Assembly (NCBI GenBank): GCA_965153455.1
Contig: OZ234493.1
Location: 35,020,213 to 35,084,212, forward strand
DNA from: Sphagnum compactum
Taxonomy: Eukaryota
DNA: 64,000 bases
Direction of reading: 5' to 3'
Below the pieces are notes generated by a model, which had not been told where the DNA came from, did no database searches, and saw only the letters and a list, made by a program, of their open reading frames with translations. Both the position numbers and the translations under genes were made by a program. Below, piece by piece: positions 38,493 through 51,600 of this stretch (position 1 is its first letter; the number at the start of each line of letters is the position of its first letter).

Positions 38493-40953
38493 TTATGCAG
38501 GTTTCATTTTACTGGGCTGCTGCTGTTCAGCCATTTTGCTGGGGTGGCTTTCATCCATGGTTGACAGCTTCTGTATCACCTTTTCTTCTGTGATATGAAT
38601 CTGGTCCTCAAGTTCTATCCGCATCTGCCCAAGATGCTTCTGCAGTGCTGCTAACACCTTCACAGTGATCTCATCAGGTACAGCCGCTGTTTCATGTCCA
38701 ACCAGAAAACCTCAAATCAGTGCACCGATTTTTTTGACTTACTGGTCCTTTGAAGTTGTTTGATCACTCAATTTTTGCATGTGCTTTAGAATCAACTTCA
38801 TAGTCACTACATAGATGTGTAAGTACAAGAAATGCTGAATATTAATGCTGGTCTCTACTTACTCCACCAAATTTGGTAGGCGACAGAGTTGCAATAAGTA
38901 TTTTGGTTTGATTTTCCCGTACTTCGGGTAACATACATGTCAACATAAAATTGACAGAAAAGAAGTGTGACTTGAATCAATTGCTTTGTCCATTGAAGTG
39001 GCAATTTTGGAAGAACAGAGTAGTGAAGGCAAGTTTGTGACAACTCACCTAAATAAGCTAATTCAATTTCATGCTGTCGAGCAGCTTCAGCAGCCAGTCT
39101 TTCTTCTTCAAGTCGTTTTGCCTCCTCTTCCTACAGTTCCCAGGTAAACAGACGTTGAAACACAAACCATTTATGTTATGGTGCAATTTTTGATCTTCTT
39201 GAGGCACAAAAGGGGGCCTCCTTCCACACAAGTGCTGTCAGGCAATCAACATATAGAATGTTCATTATCTTCACTGTTTGTGCTGCCAATGACATTCTTG
39301 TCAAATTTGTGACCTCCTACCTCTTTTTGTTTTTGAATGAGAGCCTGCTCAATATCATATTCTTCTTGATTCATAAACTCCTGCAGTGGTGGCACAATGG
39401 GTGATGTCTGAACAAAGTTACTAAGCTCCAAAGTGGCAATATTCAGGACAAATGTGGGCATACATGCATACTGGTACATCTTGTAGTGCCGGAAATACCT
39501 GCATTTGGACACCTGTTTTGCCAGGGTTACATTCTCTACTATCAAGTTTCTTGATGTGTTCTGAGCAAAAGAGTCATGAGCTCCATCAACTACTGTGATG
39601 CTCATGTATTACTGTACTACAAGGATTCCTTGAACTCTGAAGTGTAGAACCTGTTAGTATCTTTTGTCATGTATGAGTTCAACATCACAACCTCTTAACA
39701 GTATTAGAGGAGCTCTATTAATGGAAGTCTTCAATGAACCACAATTCATTGCTCACAATTGAACTAATCCTTCTTCTGGTTCTCTATGAAAGAAACTCCA
39801 ATTGAGCAAAAGATTTGGATCTTGGTTGACGCACGTGTGCAGGAGGTAATGGGTGATTGCCTGAAGGTCTGCCATGGAGAACACACTGACTGAGAAAGGT
39901 GGTCGTTGCACACTATGAGTGAGAAGAATTTGCTTGGTCTTCTCCCAGCTTTTGTCCATTGCAAGGCGTCCAACTGCCACCATGTAAAACCCACCCATCA
40001 AACCTCTTCCAATTTTCTGAAGCTTCACTGGTTGAATATTTGGTCACATAATTTCAAGCATCAACTCTTTAGAGGTATAGCAACAGACTCAAAAATTAAG
40101 AGGGTTGTTGGTTTCATTACCAGTGGACTGTGTATGAACAGCTTTGACAATTGAAACTAGGGTAGAAATTTTCTCCATGGTGAACTTCTGCTCCTGTGCA
40201 AACCTACTCTCTTGTGTTCAGGGTTGTGTTCATCATGACCAGAATTTTTGTGTATTGATAGCCTTGATGATGCCCTCCTCTATGAGCATGGAAATTCATA
40301 TGGCAAAAAAGTTCAGTATCCTCAAAATTATTGTTGTTATGGGAGGGATACGCAATAGCATTGTAGTAGAGGTCAATCAAGATTTCACCAATATCATCAC
40401 CATCATCTACAATGTTGAGTGCATCCTGTACATTCCTGTTGTCAAACCACAAAATAAAGTGCTCGTTGTTGTTTTTAATAATTGCAGACCAGCAAGGAGA
40501 AGGCAAACAACAACAAGGGTGAGGACAAGCAGCATACCTTCGAACTTCAAGAGTTTCCTTTGGCTCCAAGATTTTGATGAGTTGGGCCTCTGACAGATCT
40601 TTCCACATCAAAACCTCTGCCTGCCAGGTACTATGGTTTTTAATCTTCAGTTATGGTCACCAACAGTGAGTAGCTTCTTGATCAACATGCTATGTTTGCA
40701 ACAGATCCAGAGTGTGAAGATTGAAAAAGAGCAGATTTTTCTGGTTTGGAGACTTGAGCATCAGCAACCACATTTTATGTGTAGTAGCAGCTAAATTATA
40801 TTGATTTCTCATTGCTATTTCTTGCTATACATCTTCTTTCAGTTTGTGTTCTTGCCTCCAAATCATCAGTATGTGGAAAAAACCCAATCAACAATGAAAC
40901 AATCTGCTGAACTGAAACAATCAAGAGATTTTGATGGGCAAAGATTGTACCAT
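38493..40953 (-). CDS. CFAP119: Cilia/flagella-associated protein 119 (CCDC189/FAP119, CLAMP domain), 8 exons, ~281 aa
   Basis: Exons 40953-40951 (ATG), 40620-40538, 40435-40352, 40203-40121, 39973-39835, 39498-39321, 39130-39049, 38686-38493, all phase-consistent. Motifs FAQEQKFTMEKISTLVSIVKAVH and LLTHSVQRPPFSVSVFS..ITHYLLHTYFRHYKMYQY, then an E/A-rich coiled coil. Confidence 0.88.
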
Positions 40954-42099
40954 GATTCACCACCAAGGGGGGAAAAAATGGCTTTACAGGAAGCAGCACC
41001 AGCAGCAGGAGTAGAGCTGTGAAACCCAGCGTTGAACTCTGCGTCCCAGGTGTGTGTAACAAACTACAACAATCATCCCAATTGCTACTCAATTCTTCTT
41101 CTTAATCTGCATCAGCTCTCCAACTACTACTACTACTACTACTACTACTACAAATTATTTGTTCTTCCTGAAAATCCTATCTTTCCTTTGCATGATGAAG
41201 AATGAATGAGCAAGCTTATCATATGACTTCAGTGTGTGTATCCTTACTGTGACCTCCTTCAATTTTAAGGAAGAAGACACTTTTCTAACTGCCACATGAA
41301 GGGACAGAGTTGAAACCCAACAGAAAAATGTTTACAGTCCACTTACCATCCATTCTTCATGGTGAGCTTGTGAGTTGCTGGTTAACTCTGGCCATTATGA
41401 AGTTGGGGAAGAAAAGGACTAAAAATTTCAAGATGCCCAAATTTTCCCCTAATCTGAACTAGTCATGAAGCACCGCCAAAAGAAAATATAGTGTATTTGG
41501 ATACCATGTTATAAAGTGGATTTGTTCTCCCCAAGAAAGCAGGGCAATTTCAAAAGGAAATTGCTAGCAACATTTGAGATGTGGGCAATTTTGAAACTAA
41601 ATTGCTTGTGGCATTTGAAATGTGAGCAATTTTGTTTTGAAATGTAGGCAATTTTGTCTTGAAATTGCATCACCCATCTTAAATCTTTTGGGTTCAAGAT
41701 TTCTTGACCAAATTTTTAAAAAGTTTACAAATTAATCAAATTTGGCTATAAATTCAACTTTAACAACAATATAAAAATAGACAACGGCATTTGAAGGGTC
41801 AGCATATGACTGCAAACAACAATACAAAAGGCTACAAACAAAATATACAAGAATCATTAAAAAAAAACAATTAATCTCTCCATAATCAACATTATTAATT
41901 GAAGACATCAAAAATGACAATTATAAAATCTGAATGTATCAAAATGTCAACTTAAAATGTAAAATGTATACTACATGAATTAGAATGTAAAGTACATGTA
42001 TCAATATTTTCAACTTGAAAAAAAAACATTACAAAAGGCAAACTATGATTGAATGCAATCACCCAAAAGGTGGACCTTTCAATCCAAAAAGTAAGCTTG

Positions 42100-43800
42100 C
42101 TACTACAAATATTTGTTACCACAATGACCAACCAATCTACTTTTCCCTTACTTTAACTGGGCCTTCAATGTCCCATAGTAACTTTCAATTGTAGCATTAA
42201 TGTTTTGTCCAACATATAATAGATTTTGAAATCCAACCACCGACATGTGAATATTGTGTCGTCAATTTTCCTCCATGTATTTTCAAAAGACATTAGCTGC
42301 ATGGTACTTACTAATGATATATTGTAGCCTATTCATTGCTTACATTTTAACATCTGTTCCAAATGGACCATCCTTATCATACATGATGTTCCTTAGTTCT
42401 TGCAATACATTATTATGTAATGATGAGTCTTTATATTGATACATGCTTGTTTTTTCCATGTTTTTTTCACATGCCATAAACATAAGAAAATGACAATGTT
42501 TGGCCATATAGTCCTATAAGAAAGAAAATGCATTATACATGAAACTTGGTGGATTTAAATACAATCAATGTTGCCACATGTTACATCCATTGGGGCAAAT
42601 GACATGAATCATACATAGTTGACAATTTGTTGGATAGAAAGGGGGAAGGGGTACGGATTTTACTTGATGTAGTTGATTTCCCCTTGGGCACAATCAACAA
42701 TAAAAGCATTGGAATGCTATATGAACGAGTATGGTGAATGCTTTCATTCAAAGCGTGCATCCATGGTGTCAAATCCTCTTGTCAACATTGTGATGTGATA
42801 CAGTATGTTATAGGAATGTCATTGAACCATTGGTTAAACACCATCATGGTATAAAGGGGGAATTGCCATAACTCACAATAGATCAATGTAATATCATATG
42901 TTAGTTGAACATTGACAAAAGACATAATGAATAATCTATTAACATTTATAAATTTTTACATGTATTTACTTGTTCATTGATTTGTTTTATTAATGTTTCA
43001 ATGGCATTATACTACATATATACTAGTGTATTAAATCATATGCGTATGTATTATGTATCACTTATTTTTCATTTGTCTCAAAGGTTGCATTAATTGTAAC
43101 ACCCCTTTGGTGCCCATGTTCAATCATCATCTCCTTTTGCCATGGTGTTTGGATACCCAAAGTGAAAGGCATGTTTTGCCTAATGAGACCACCATCCACG
43201 TCTACCCCAATTTCTTGATAATAAAACATTGAATTAGTATTTTGTTGAACTCACATACAGACTATTTTTGCATCATTTTTATGTAGCTAGTATGTTTCTT
43301 GAGCAAATTTCCTAGACAACACCCTAACATCTTGTTCAATGAAGAACATGTCTTTATTTAACTTACATGTCCTTAACATGATGTTCTTCACGTGTTGCCT
43401 ATGTTTTGTCATAATTTGAAACAATGTGAATCCCTTAGTTGTTCCATCACAAAATCCTTGATCTCTTATGATAAATGGGCAACAAATGTAAATCTATCAC
43501 CCATTTCTAAATCCCCATGGACATGTAAACCATCTTGATTAACATGATTTTGTTGAATGAAACATAACTCTAATACATGCTTGAGCAAATACAATGTCTA
43601 AATGGTGAATTTAGTTCTACATCTTCTTTTAATAAAACCATCCCATTTTTTCTTAGAATCTCATGTACCCTCGTGGCCAATCCCTTATGGGATTACTTTT
43701 TCATTGATGTCCAATTTTTTTGGAGTTGCATTTTGGTGGTGTGTAATATCCTTTTAATAACATTTGTGAGATCATTGGGACCGTATCGACATTGGTACCT
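42100..43800 (-). mobile_element. Decayed Mutator-like (MULE/SWIM-type) transposase remnant
   Basis: Minus-strand fragments MPFTLGIQTPWQKEMMIEHGHQRGVTINATFETNEK (~43070-43180) and QFPLYTMMVFNQWFNDIPITYCITSQC*QEDLTPWMHALN (~42740-42865) resemble the MULE DDE region; many stops and frameshifts. Confidence 0.65.
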
Positions 43801-44609
43801 GTGCATAGCCATGTCAACCAATTTAGTGCTACCAATGAACATAAATTACATTACAAAACATACAATTAGTCACATATTTCATGTTTACAAAATAATAAAA
43901 TTAATTCATCAAATGGTGAATATCACATCTATACATGTATAATACATATGCAAATCTTGGGGTAGGAATATAGTATAAATTAAAATTTGAACCTTGAAAA
44001 CTCAGAAGCACTATCTATTTGTGATTGTTATAAATCATTGTCAAGGTGGATGATGCATTTTTTTGCAAAGAAATCAACATCATCCACCATCTTGACCTTA
44101 TTTGCAAGCTATGAAATCAAACACCCAAGTTGTCAGTATGAATGCAACTTCAATAAGGCAAGGGCCTTATTACATCCTAGTGTGTCAAATGATAACTTCC
44201 CACAACAAATTTTCATGATCAAAAAGCCCATATGGTGGTGTTTGAACTACTTTTTTTAATGCTTGCATTTTAGCTTGATGGTCATTTTCATACAAATGCA
44301 ACAACTTCCCTTCCAGAAATCTTATAATATGCAACCATTCTTTTTGTGACTACAAGCATTTATGTGTTGGTTGTGGTTATATTTCATTTTTTTTGCAACT
44401 AACTATCAATGTTCACACCTTAATATATTGTAAACATATTAAGGGTTTTATCAACCTTTTTTTTTGTGGTGACTTTTCACCATTTGGTGATATTATTTTT
44501 CAAAAAAGGACCTTTGTTTTGGTTTTGATATTTTCAACAACCTTTTCACGTTTTTTTATTTTTCAAAAAATATGCCATTCATACCCATTACACCCAATTT
44601 TTTTGAAAC

Positions 44610-46020
44610 TTCAATTGGAATTTCAAACAAGTTACATCAACTTGAAATCAATTCATCTTCCAATTTTGAAAATTGTTGTTTTGAAATGAAAATCTTATAC
44701 TTTAGTTTCAAATTTTTTATTTGAATATGAAAATCCATATCTCAATTCTAAAAAATATTATTTCAATCTAAGAAAATCATCTTCAATTATGTAAATTATT
44801 ATATGAATTTGATTTTTTTAATCTAATTTTTTTAATTTAAATTCTGAAAAATACAATTTGAATTTAAAATGTTATTTCAATCCGTAAAACTATTATTTTC
44901 ATTCTGAGAATTAATGTTTGAATTTTTTAAATGACATATGGATCTGAAAATTGATATTTCAATTCTAAAAATTGAAATTTCAATTATGAAAATTGTATTT
45001 GAATTCAAAAATTCTTATTTGAATCTGGAAATTCATATATGAATTCTGAAAAATTGTTATACAAATCTGAGATCCATATTTTGATTTTTGAAAAATCAAA
45101 TAACAATTTTTAGAATGGAAATATCAAGTTTCAAATTCAAATAGAACTTTTTAGAATTCAAATAAAAAATTTCGAATTCAACAAAAAAATCTCAAAATTG
45201 ATATATCAAATTTCGGATTCAAATAATGATTTTCAAAATTAAAATATCAACTTTTAAAAGTAAATAAATATTTCAAAAATTCGAATATCATTCTTTTTCA
45301 ATATTCAAATCACAAATTTCAAATTCAAGTAATAATTTTCAGAATTTAAATATGAAGTTTCAAAATCAAATAACAAATTTTGGAATTGAAAATATCACTT
45401 TTTAGTTGCAACTACAGTTTTCAGAATTAAAATATCAATTTTCATATTCAAAAATAATAATTTGGGGTTTAAATATCATTTTTCAGATTCAAATAAACAT
45501 TTTCAGAAATCAAATATCGATTTTGAAATTCAAATAAGTTTTTTGTAATTCAAATATCATTTTTTGGAATTCAAATATCAAATTTGAGATTGAAATATCA
45601 ATTTTTGAATACCAAAAAAATGATTAAAGCTCAAATATGAATTTTTAAATTCAAATAATAGTTTTTTAGATTTGAAATATCAATTTTGAGATTCAAATAA
45701 GAATTTTTGGAAGTGAAATATCAGTTTTCAGAATCAAATAACAATTTTTGGATTGAAATATCACTTTTCAGTTGCAAATAATAATTTTCAGAATTCAAAT
45801 ATCAATTTTCAGGATTGAAATATTAATTCCCAGATTCAAATAAAAAATTTCAGAAATCAAATATCAAGTTTCATATTCAATTAACATTTTTCAGAGTTGA
45901 AATATAAATTTTCAGAATATAAATTTTGAGAAATTTCATATTCAAATTACAATTTTCAAGATTGATATATTAATTTTTAGAACTTAAATGTCAAATTTCA
46001 TCTTCAAACAATTTTCTTTA
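44610..46020. repeat. AT-rich ~21-bp tandem array in two opposite orientations (foldback-like)
   Basis: Left block reads aattctgaaaattgatatttg-type units; after ~45075 the units read tttcagaattcaaatatcaat, the reverse complement. Confidence 0.8.
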
Positions 46021-46643
46021 AATTGGAAATTACTTTTTAAATATTACTTTTTAATATTAAGAATGGAAAAAAAAAACAACAAAAAAAACAAAAACAAAAC
46101 AAAAGATGTTGGATAAATTTTTTAATTGCAAATTAATGTATGACTAAATTGTGACTAGAAATTTATCCCATACCTTTTGTTCTACATTTCAATCTTGTAA
46201 ACTATATAAATAGATGCATTTGGAAGATTGAAAACACACATTCTGAATGAGCCTATTAAAAAGGTTTGATTTTAAAGGTTAAACTTAAATAAAATAAAAA
46301 TATATATTTAGTGACATACTTACCTACTTCCCCACCTACCTAAATATTTCATGTGGAAAATTGTTATTATGCCACATGTCACAATCAATAACTATCCAAA
46401 CTGGATGATGTGGATTTAGTTTAATTTATCAATTTAATTTATTTACTATTCAATTTCAAATTTTCAAAATGCGCTACTTGTGCCATGTGGCAATAAAGAG
46501 TTGGTGACCATTTTAATTGCAATTTTTGACAAATAGTCCTAAGTTGCATATGCATAGTCAAACAGATGAAGACATATTTGTTTACCATATATTTTATCCA
46601 TGGAATGTGATGACATAAAGAATGATATCATCATTTGCAACTA

Positions 46644-46980
46644 TCTTATATATTAATTACTTTGTCTGTCCGTCTGTCTGTGACCACTGGACGCAGAGAA
46701 AAGTGACGGGAAAAAGATAAGAGATAGGACCGAGCACCGGTCAACGACCGTAGGATGGAGAGCTTTCGACGAAGAGAAAAATGTATGCAGCAGTAAAAAG
46801 CGCAGCAGCAGTAAAAAGCGCATGGGTGAATGGGGGGGGGGATCAACAGGTTAAAGAATCGGAGTGGAAAATGCGAAGGATGGGGGGGGGGGTCGACGGG
46901 GTAAAGAACCGGAGTGAACAATGGGAAGGACCGGGCGGGGGGGAGCTCGAGGGGTGCATTCTGCACCGAGTTCACACTAG
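46644..46980 (+). mobile_element. Non-autonomous Helitron (337 bp)
   Basis: 5' TC at 46644, 3' CTAG at 46977-46980, subterminal hairpin ggtgca-ttc-tgcacc at 46953-46967, inserted between A (46643) and T (46981) with no TSD; GC-rich island in AT-rich DNA. Confidence 0.88.
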
Positions 46981-47399
46981 TATGTTTGATGCGACTTCAC
47001 TTATGCAACTAATATTTTTTAGTTGCATATGCGTGGTAAAATTAATTTATAATCACAAAATTTAGTTGAAATTTTTCATTTTTCTTCTAGTGCATGCTTG
47101 TAAAAACCATTGTAGAAGATATTAGTTTCTATGCACCTTACATTCGAATTTATGATAATCAACATACATGCTAAACACATGATAAATATTTCACTTACAT
47201 AGAATTAGGTCACAATGACATGTGAACTTTGTAAAAATGTCAAAAGTGTGTTCCCAAAACACCCTTGGAATAACACAAAAAAATCATGGGAAGAGGAAGT
47301 TCATGTTAGTTGATATGCAAAAGTCTGAAAATTGTGACCCCAGAACCTAATCTACAAAATAATCCTCATTAAAAGTTCAACATATATTTATAATAACCT

Positions 47400-48610
47400 A
47401 AAAATGCAAATATCAAATACTTAAAAAATATAACACATGTCAATTTTTAATATGTAGCCATTCATTTTTCAAGTGTGGATTACTTGTAATAAGTTCCATT
47501 TATTATTCACACCGTGTGTTAATAACAGTTGATGTTTGTAAGTAAATTAACATTGATCTTATTTTACCCATAAAGTTGGAAATGTGACAACTTCTTATAA
47601 CCATATTTTGAAAAATTTCGCACCTTTCTTATGTGTAGGCATGTTGAAAATTTACTTAATGTATAAAAAACCACGTGGCAAATAATAATTGATTATAATT
47701 TTAAAATGGCATGAAATGTATACCATGTCTTAAATTTTCCCCATATGCAAAGATTTCTTTCTCCAGTGTCAAATACGAGTAATACATTCAATGTATTACT
47801 CACACCACATGTCAATAACATAGTGGTGCATTTCAATTTAATTAATTTTTATTTTATTTTACCCATACACTACGAAACGTGACAACCTCTTGTCCATCTA
47901 TTTTGAAAAAAAATCCACTCTTTCTATGTTTAAATGGGTTGGAAAATTCTTGGTGTATGAAAAGATCTTAATTGTATCAACATATCATTAATGTATCATT
48001 AAATCTTTAATGTATTAGTAACACATGGTTAATAATAGTTATATATAATTCTTAAAATGATAGTAAATGTATATTAGGTGTCAAATTTTCATATGTAAGG
48101 TTATTTTTTAGGTGTGAAAATATATAATACATTCAATGTATTGCTCACATCACGTCTTGATAATAGATTAATGATTTTTTACTAAATTAACAGTCATCTT
48201 ACTCATAAACTTGGAAATGTGACAACCTCTTATCCATCTATTTTGAAAATTTTCTCATTTTTTCTATGTTTAGACAGGTTGGAAAAACCTTAGTGTATCA
48301 AAAGCTCTTTAGTATATCAACAAATCATTAATGTATTAATAATTTTTTTGTGTACTAGTAACATATGGTTAATAATAGTTGATTATAATCCAAAAACGAT
48401 GGTAAATATATACTAATTGTCAAATTTTCATATGTCGGGTTTATTTCTCAAGTGTAAAATATTAGTAATACATTTAATGTATTGTTCACATCATGGGTCA
48501 ATAGTAAATTGGTGGTTTGGTACTAAATTAACAATTATTTTACTTTACCCTTAAACTCAGAAATTTGATAATATCTTATCCATGTATTTTGAAATTTTAA
48601 TGTATTGATT
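47400..48610. repeat. ~300-345-bp degenerate tandem repeat (~4 copies)
   Basis: Anchor gaaa(t/c)gtgacaac..ttatccatctattttgaaa at about 47580, 47875, 48214, 48561. Confidence 0.8.
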
Positions 48611-51600
48611 TTTTTAATGCATTAAAAATAATAATATAATAAACACAAATTTAAAATATTAATCTATAAAACTTCTTATCCATGGAGTCATTTTGAAAAT
48701 TTCCCCACCCTTCCTTGCCCAATACATCTGTACCATAGGATTTGTGTTGATGGTATAACATGATGCATGATGACATAATGCATGATAGAATATGATGCTT
48801 TGATACATTGCCATTTTTGATACCAGAACAAAATGTTGTGCGAATACATATCGTCATACAACATACATCGCTGACATACCATACTCACATACACACACAA
48901 ACACTTAACATGGACGAGAGCATACACAAATACATGTGTACCACAACTGCACACTATATGTTATAGCTAACACACATATGGTCATGACAAAAATAAAACC
49001 AAAATTATCGCTAATCCTTGCAATATTTATTACTAAGTAAAAACCAATTTTACTAACAATCATGCTGTTCTCACTCACATGCACACATTTTCATATTGGG
49101 ACACGATGCCCCCGACTTGAAAAAGGAACTAATGTAGGCACTTGCCATCAAAACTTGGCGATCGTTTTATGCTGCTGGGGGAGATAGATCATCATGGGTT
49201 TGTACAAATAGTTTTGGGGAAAATGATTTTTGGGTATCTTGCACTTTCAATTTCTCAAAATCCATCCCTACAGAATATCTCAATGTCATTGCATTTTTTG
49301 TGGACATATCACCTGGATGATATGGCCTGAGGAAATTGTTAAATCCTCCTTTCATGACATTTTTTTGGACCATTTATACTACATTACTATAAACTAGCAT
49401 GAGAAATTGAGCTTTCATCTAGTGTTGGTAAAATGGCAGGCATTCTCTCGGTGCTGAAAGGGGTGAACTTCATGGAGAAGCTTATTATGGGTTTGACAAC
49501 ATCTAGGTTCTCTTTCAATGTTGTTGAGAGAGTTGTGAACCTCTCTGTCATAAGTGCTCAGACTGTTGTTGGCCTGTCCATCAAGCTGAAGGTTTGGAAG
49601 TGGATCAGAGCTAAACAGTTTGTGGACGTTTTAAAAGGCGGATTGCACACATTTGTGGGGAAATTGCAGCAACACAAGCTACTACAGAATTCTTCCTGAG
49701 GAGATCAGGATCTGACTTTAAGAAAATTGGAGGAGTGTAATACTCAGTTTCAAACACGCTCAGCTCTTTCTGGTATACTTCGTCCCAGTGACACTGGACA
49801 CATGTCTCCCTGGTAATCCCTCATGTAGCTTATAAGAATAGGGGTACTGGTCTGACAGTGGGGAATTTGGTAAGCACAGGTTGGACGTGGTTGGGTCAGC
49901 TTGTACAGAAGGGTTGGAAACCAAGAAGAAGTATCTGTTTGTGCAGTTAGAACTTGGGATGCTGAAGAGTATGGCATGGTTTATAGTTTATACTCCTCAA
50001 AGTGATCAGTTAATACCAAACTCATTGAGTAAGGGTTTCCAGTGCCATTGCAACATTCAAAGAGCTCTGAGTCAAGATAATACATGTGAGAAGTGTAATC
50101 TTCAGCAAGAGGCGATACACATTTTTTTAATCTCCTCCTTCAACCCATGAAGTACTGATGAAAACAAACCATGTCAATATGAACAGTTGGTTCCTTAAAA
50201 ATGGGACAGTTGGGACAGAACAACCCCAACACTCACATTTGTATTTTACAATCATATTTGGTTGCAATTTATGGTACTGTTATGAATGGTTGCGCCTCTT
50301 ACATGTGAGCAGGCTGGTAGTATTGGCATTGGGATGACATGCTCAAGCTGCTTGCTTGAGCAACCATCAATCACTAGTAACTGCCATGAAAATTAAAGAA
50401 AGAATCTGTCTCACTGGAAGAGCAGCAGAACTGGGCAAAGATGTTTGAAAGTGTAAAGTGTGAGTTGGTTGAAGTCTGGTGCTGAATACGATAATGGGTT
50501 TATGTCACTTGGAAATTATGCCTAATTTTTCTGAAAATTTGGAAAGAAATCTATGAATGTAGATGGCTGCTAAATGTGCAAGTTCTCTACTTCTGTTTTC
50601 ACTCGTCAACTCTGAAAATGGTGGCTCAATTTTCCACAATATTGATATTGCATTCCCACATGCTTGTTTTGGCAATTTATGAGAGACAGGGCACAGGAGG
50701 AAGGACAGCATGAGACATATGCTTTTCATGTTTACCTTGGGAGTGTAGAAGCTGGAGTATCAAGTCTGGTCACATGTATCCAAGAGCTTCGGCATAAAAC
50801 TTACATTGTGTGATGTTTTACCATCAACTTTTGTTGGGTGTCTGAAACATATTATTCTCTTCTATATTGCTGCAAGCTAAACTCCAGGGCCAATCCTTTT
50901 CTTAAGCATGTTGAAAATGCAAATTTTCTGTGGGTTTTCTTCTTGCTCAATTGTTGCCTTTTTCTCTCAGCATCTGTGCTAGATGAGATGTTAGGCCCAA
51001 CACCTTCTTGACAAGAGCTTCACTATCCATCAGATGGCTATCAGTGTGTTGCGGATGATAGGTGCCTATTGCTGGGTTGGCAAGATCACGCTTCTTTTTG
51101 CAATATCTTCATGGAATTCAATTTGATATGACTGCATGCTAATTAAACAACCTTCTCTTCCTTTGTCCAATTTTCGTAGGTACTCTGTTGACCACCAGTC
51201 AGGACTTAATTTTTGGTAAACTCAGAAGTTTGGTCAACTTGTGGATTTAGAGATACATGCTCCATCGTTCTGGATGCATCTTAAGGTTTTACAAAGTTAT
51301 CTTCCAAGGATACGTAGTGCATCCAAGATGGAAGAAGACTGATGTTTGTAAACTGTCAATTAGCATATTGATCATTCCATCTACAAAAAGGATGCAAGTC
51401 ACTTATGCAAGGACATCAGTTGGTCTTGCATGATTGTCGGACAGCCATGACATGTCAGGACTTACTTCCATAAGGCTTAAAGTACTGATGAACAATGTCC
51501 AATTTGAAAATTGAGGAAATTTCCAATTTTAGTGAGATGATCCAAAGATTGTTTGATCAGTACTCATCTTTGGAAGTTTCAATGGCCTCCTATTGAGCTG

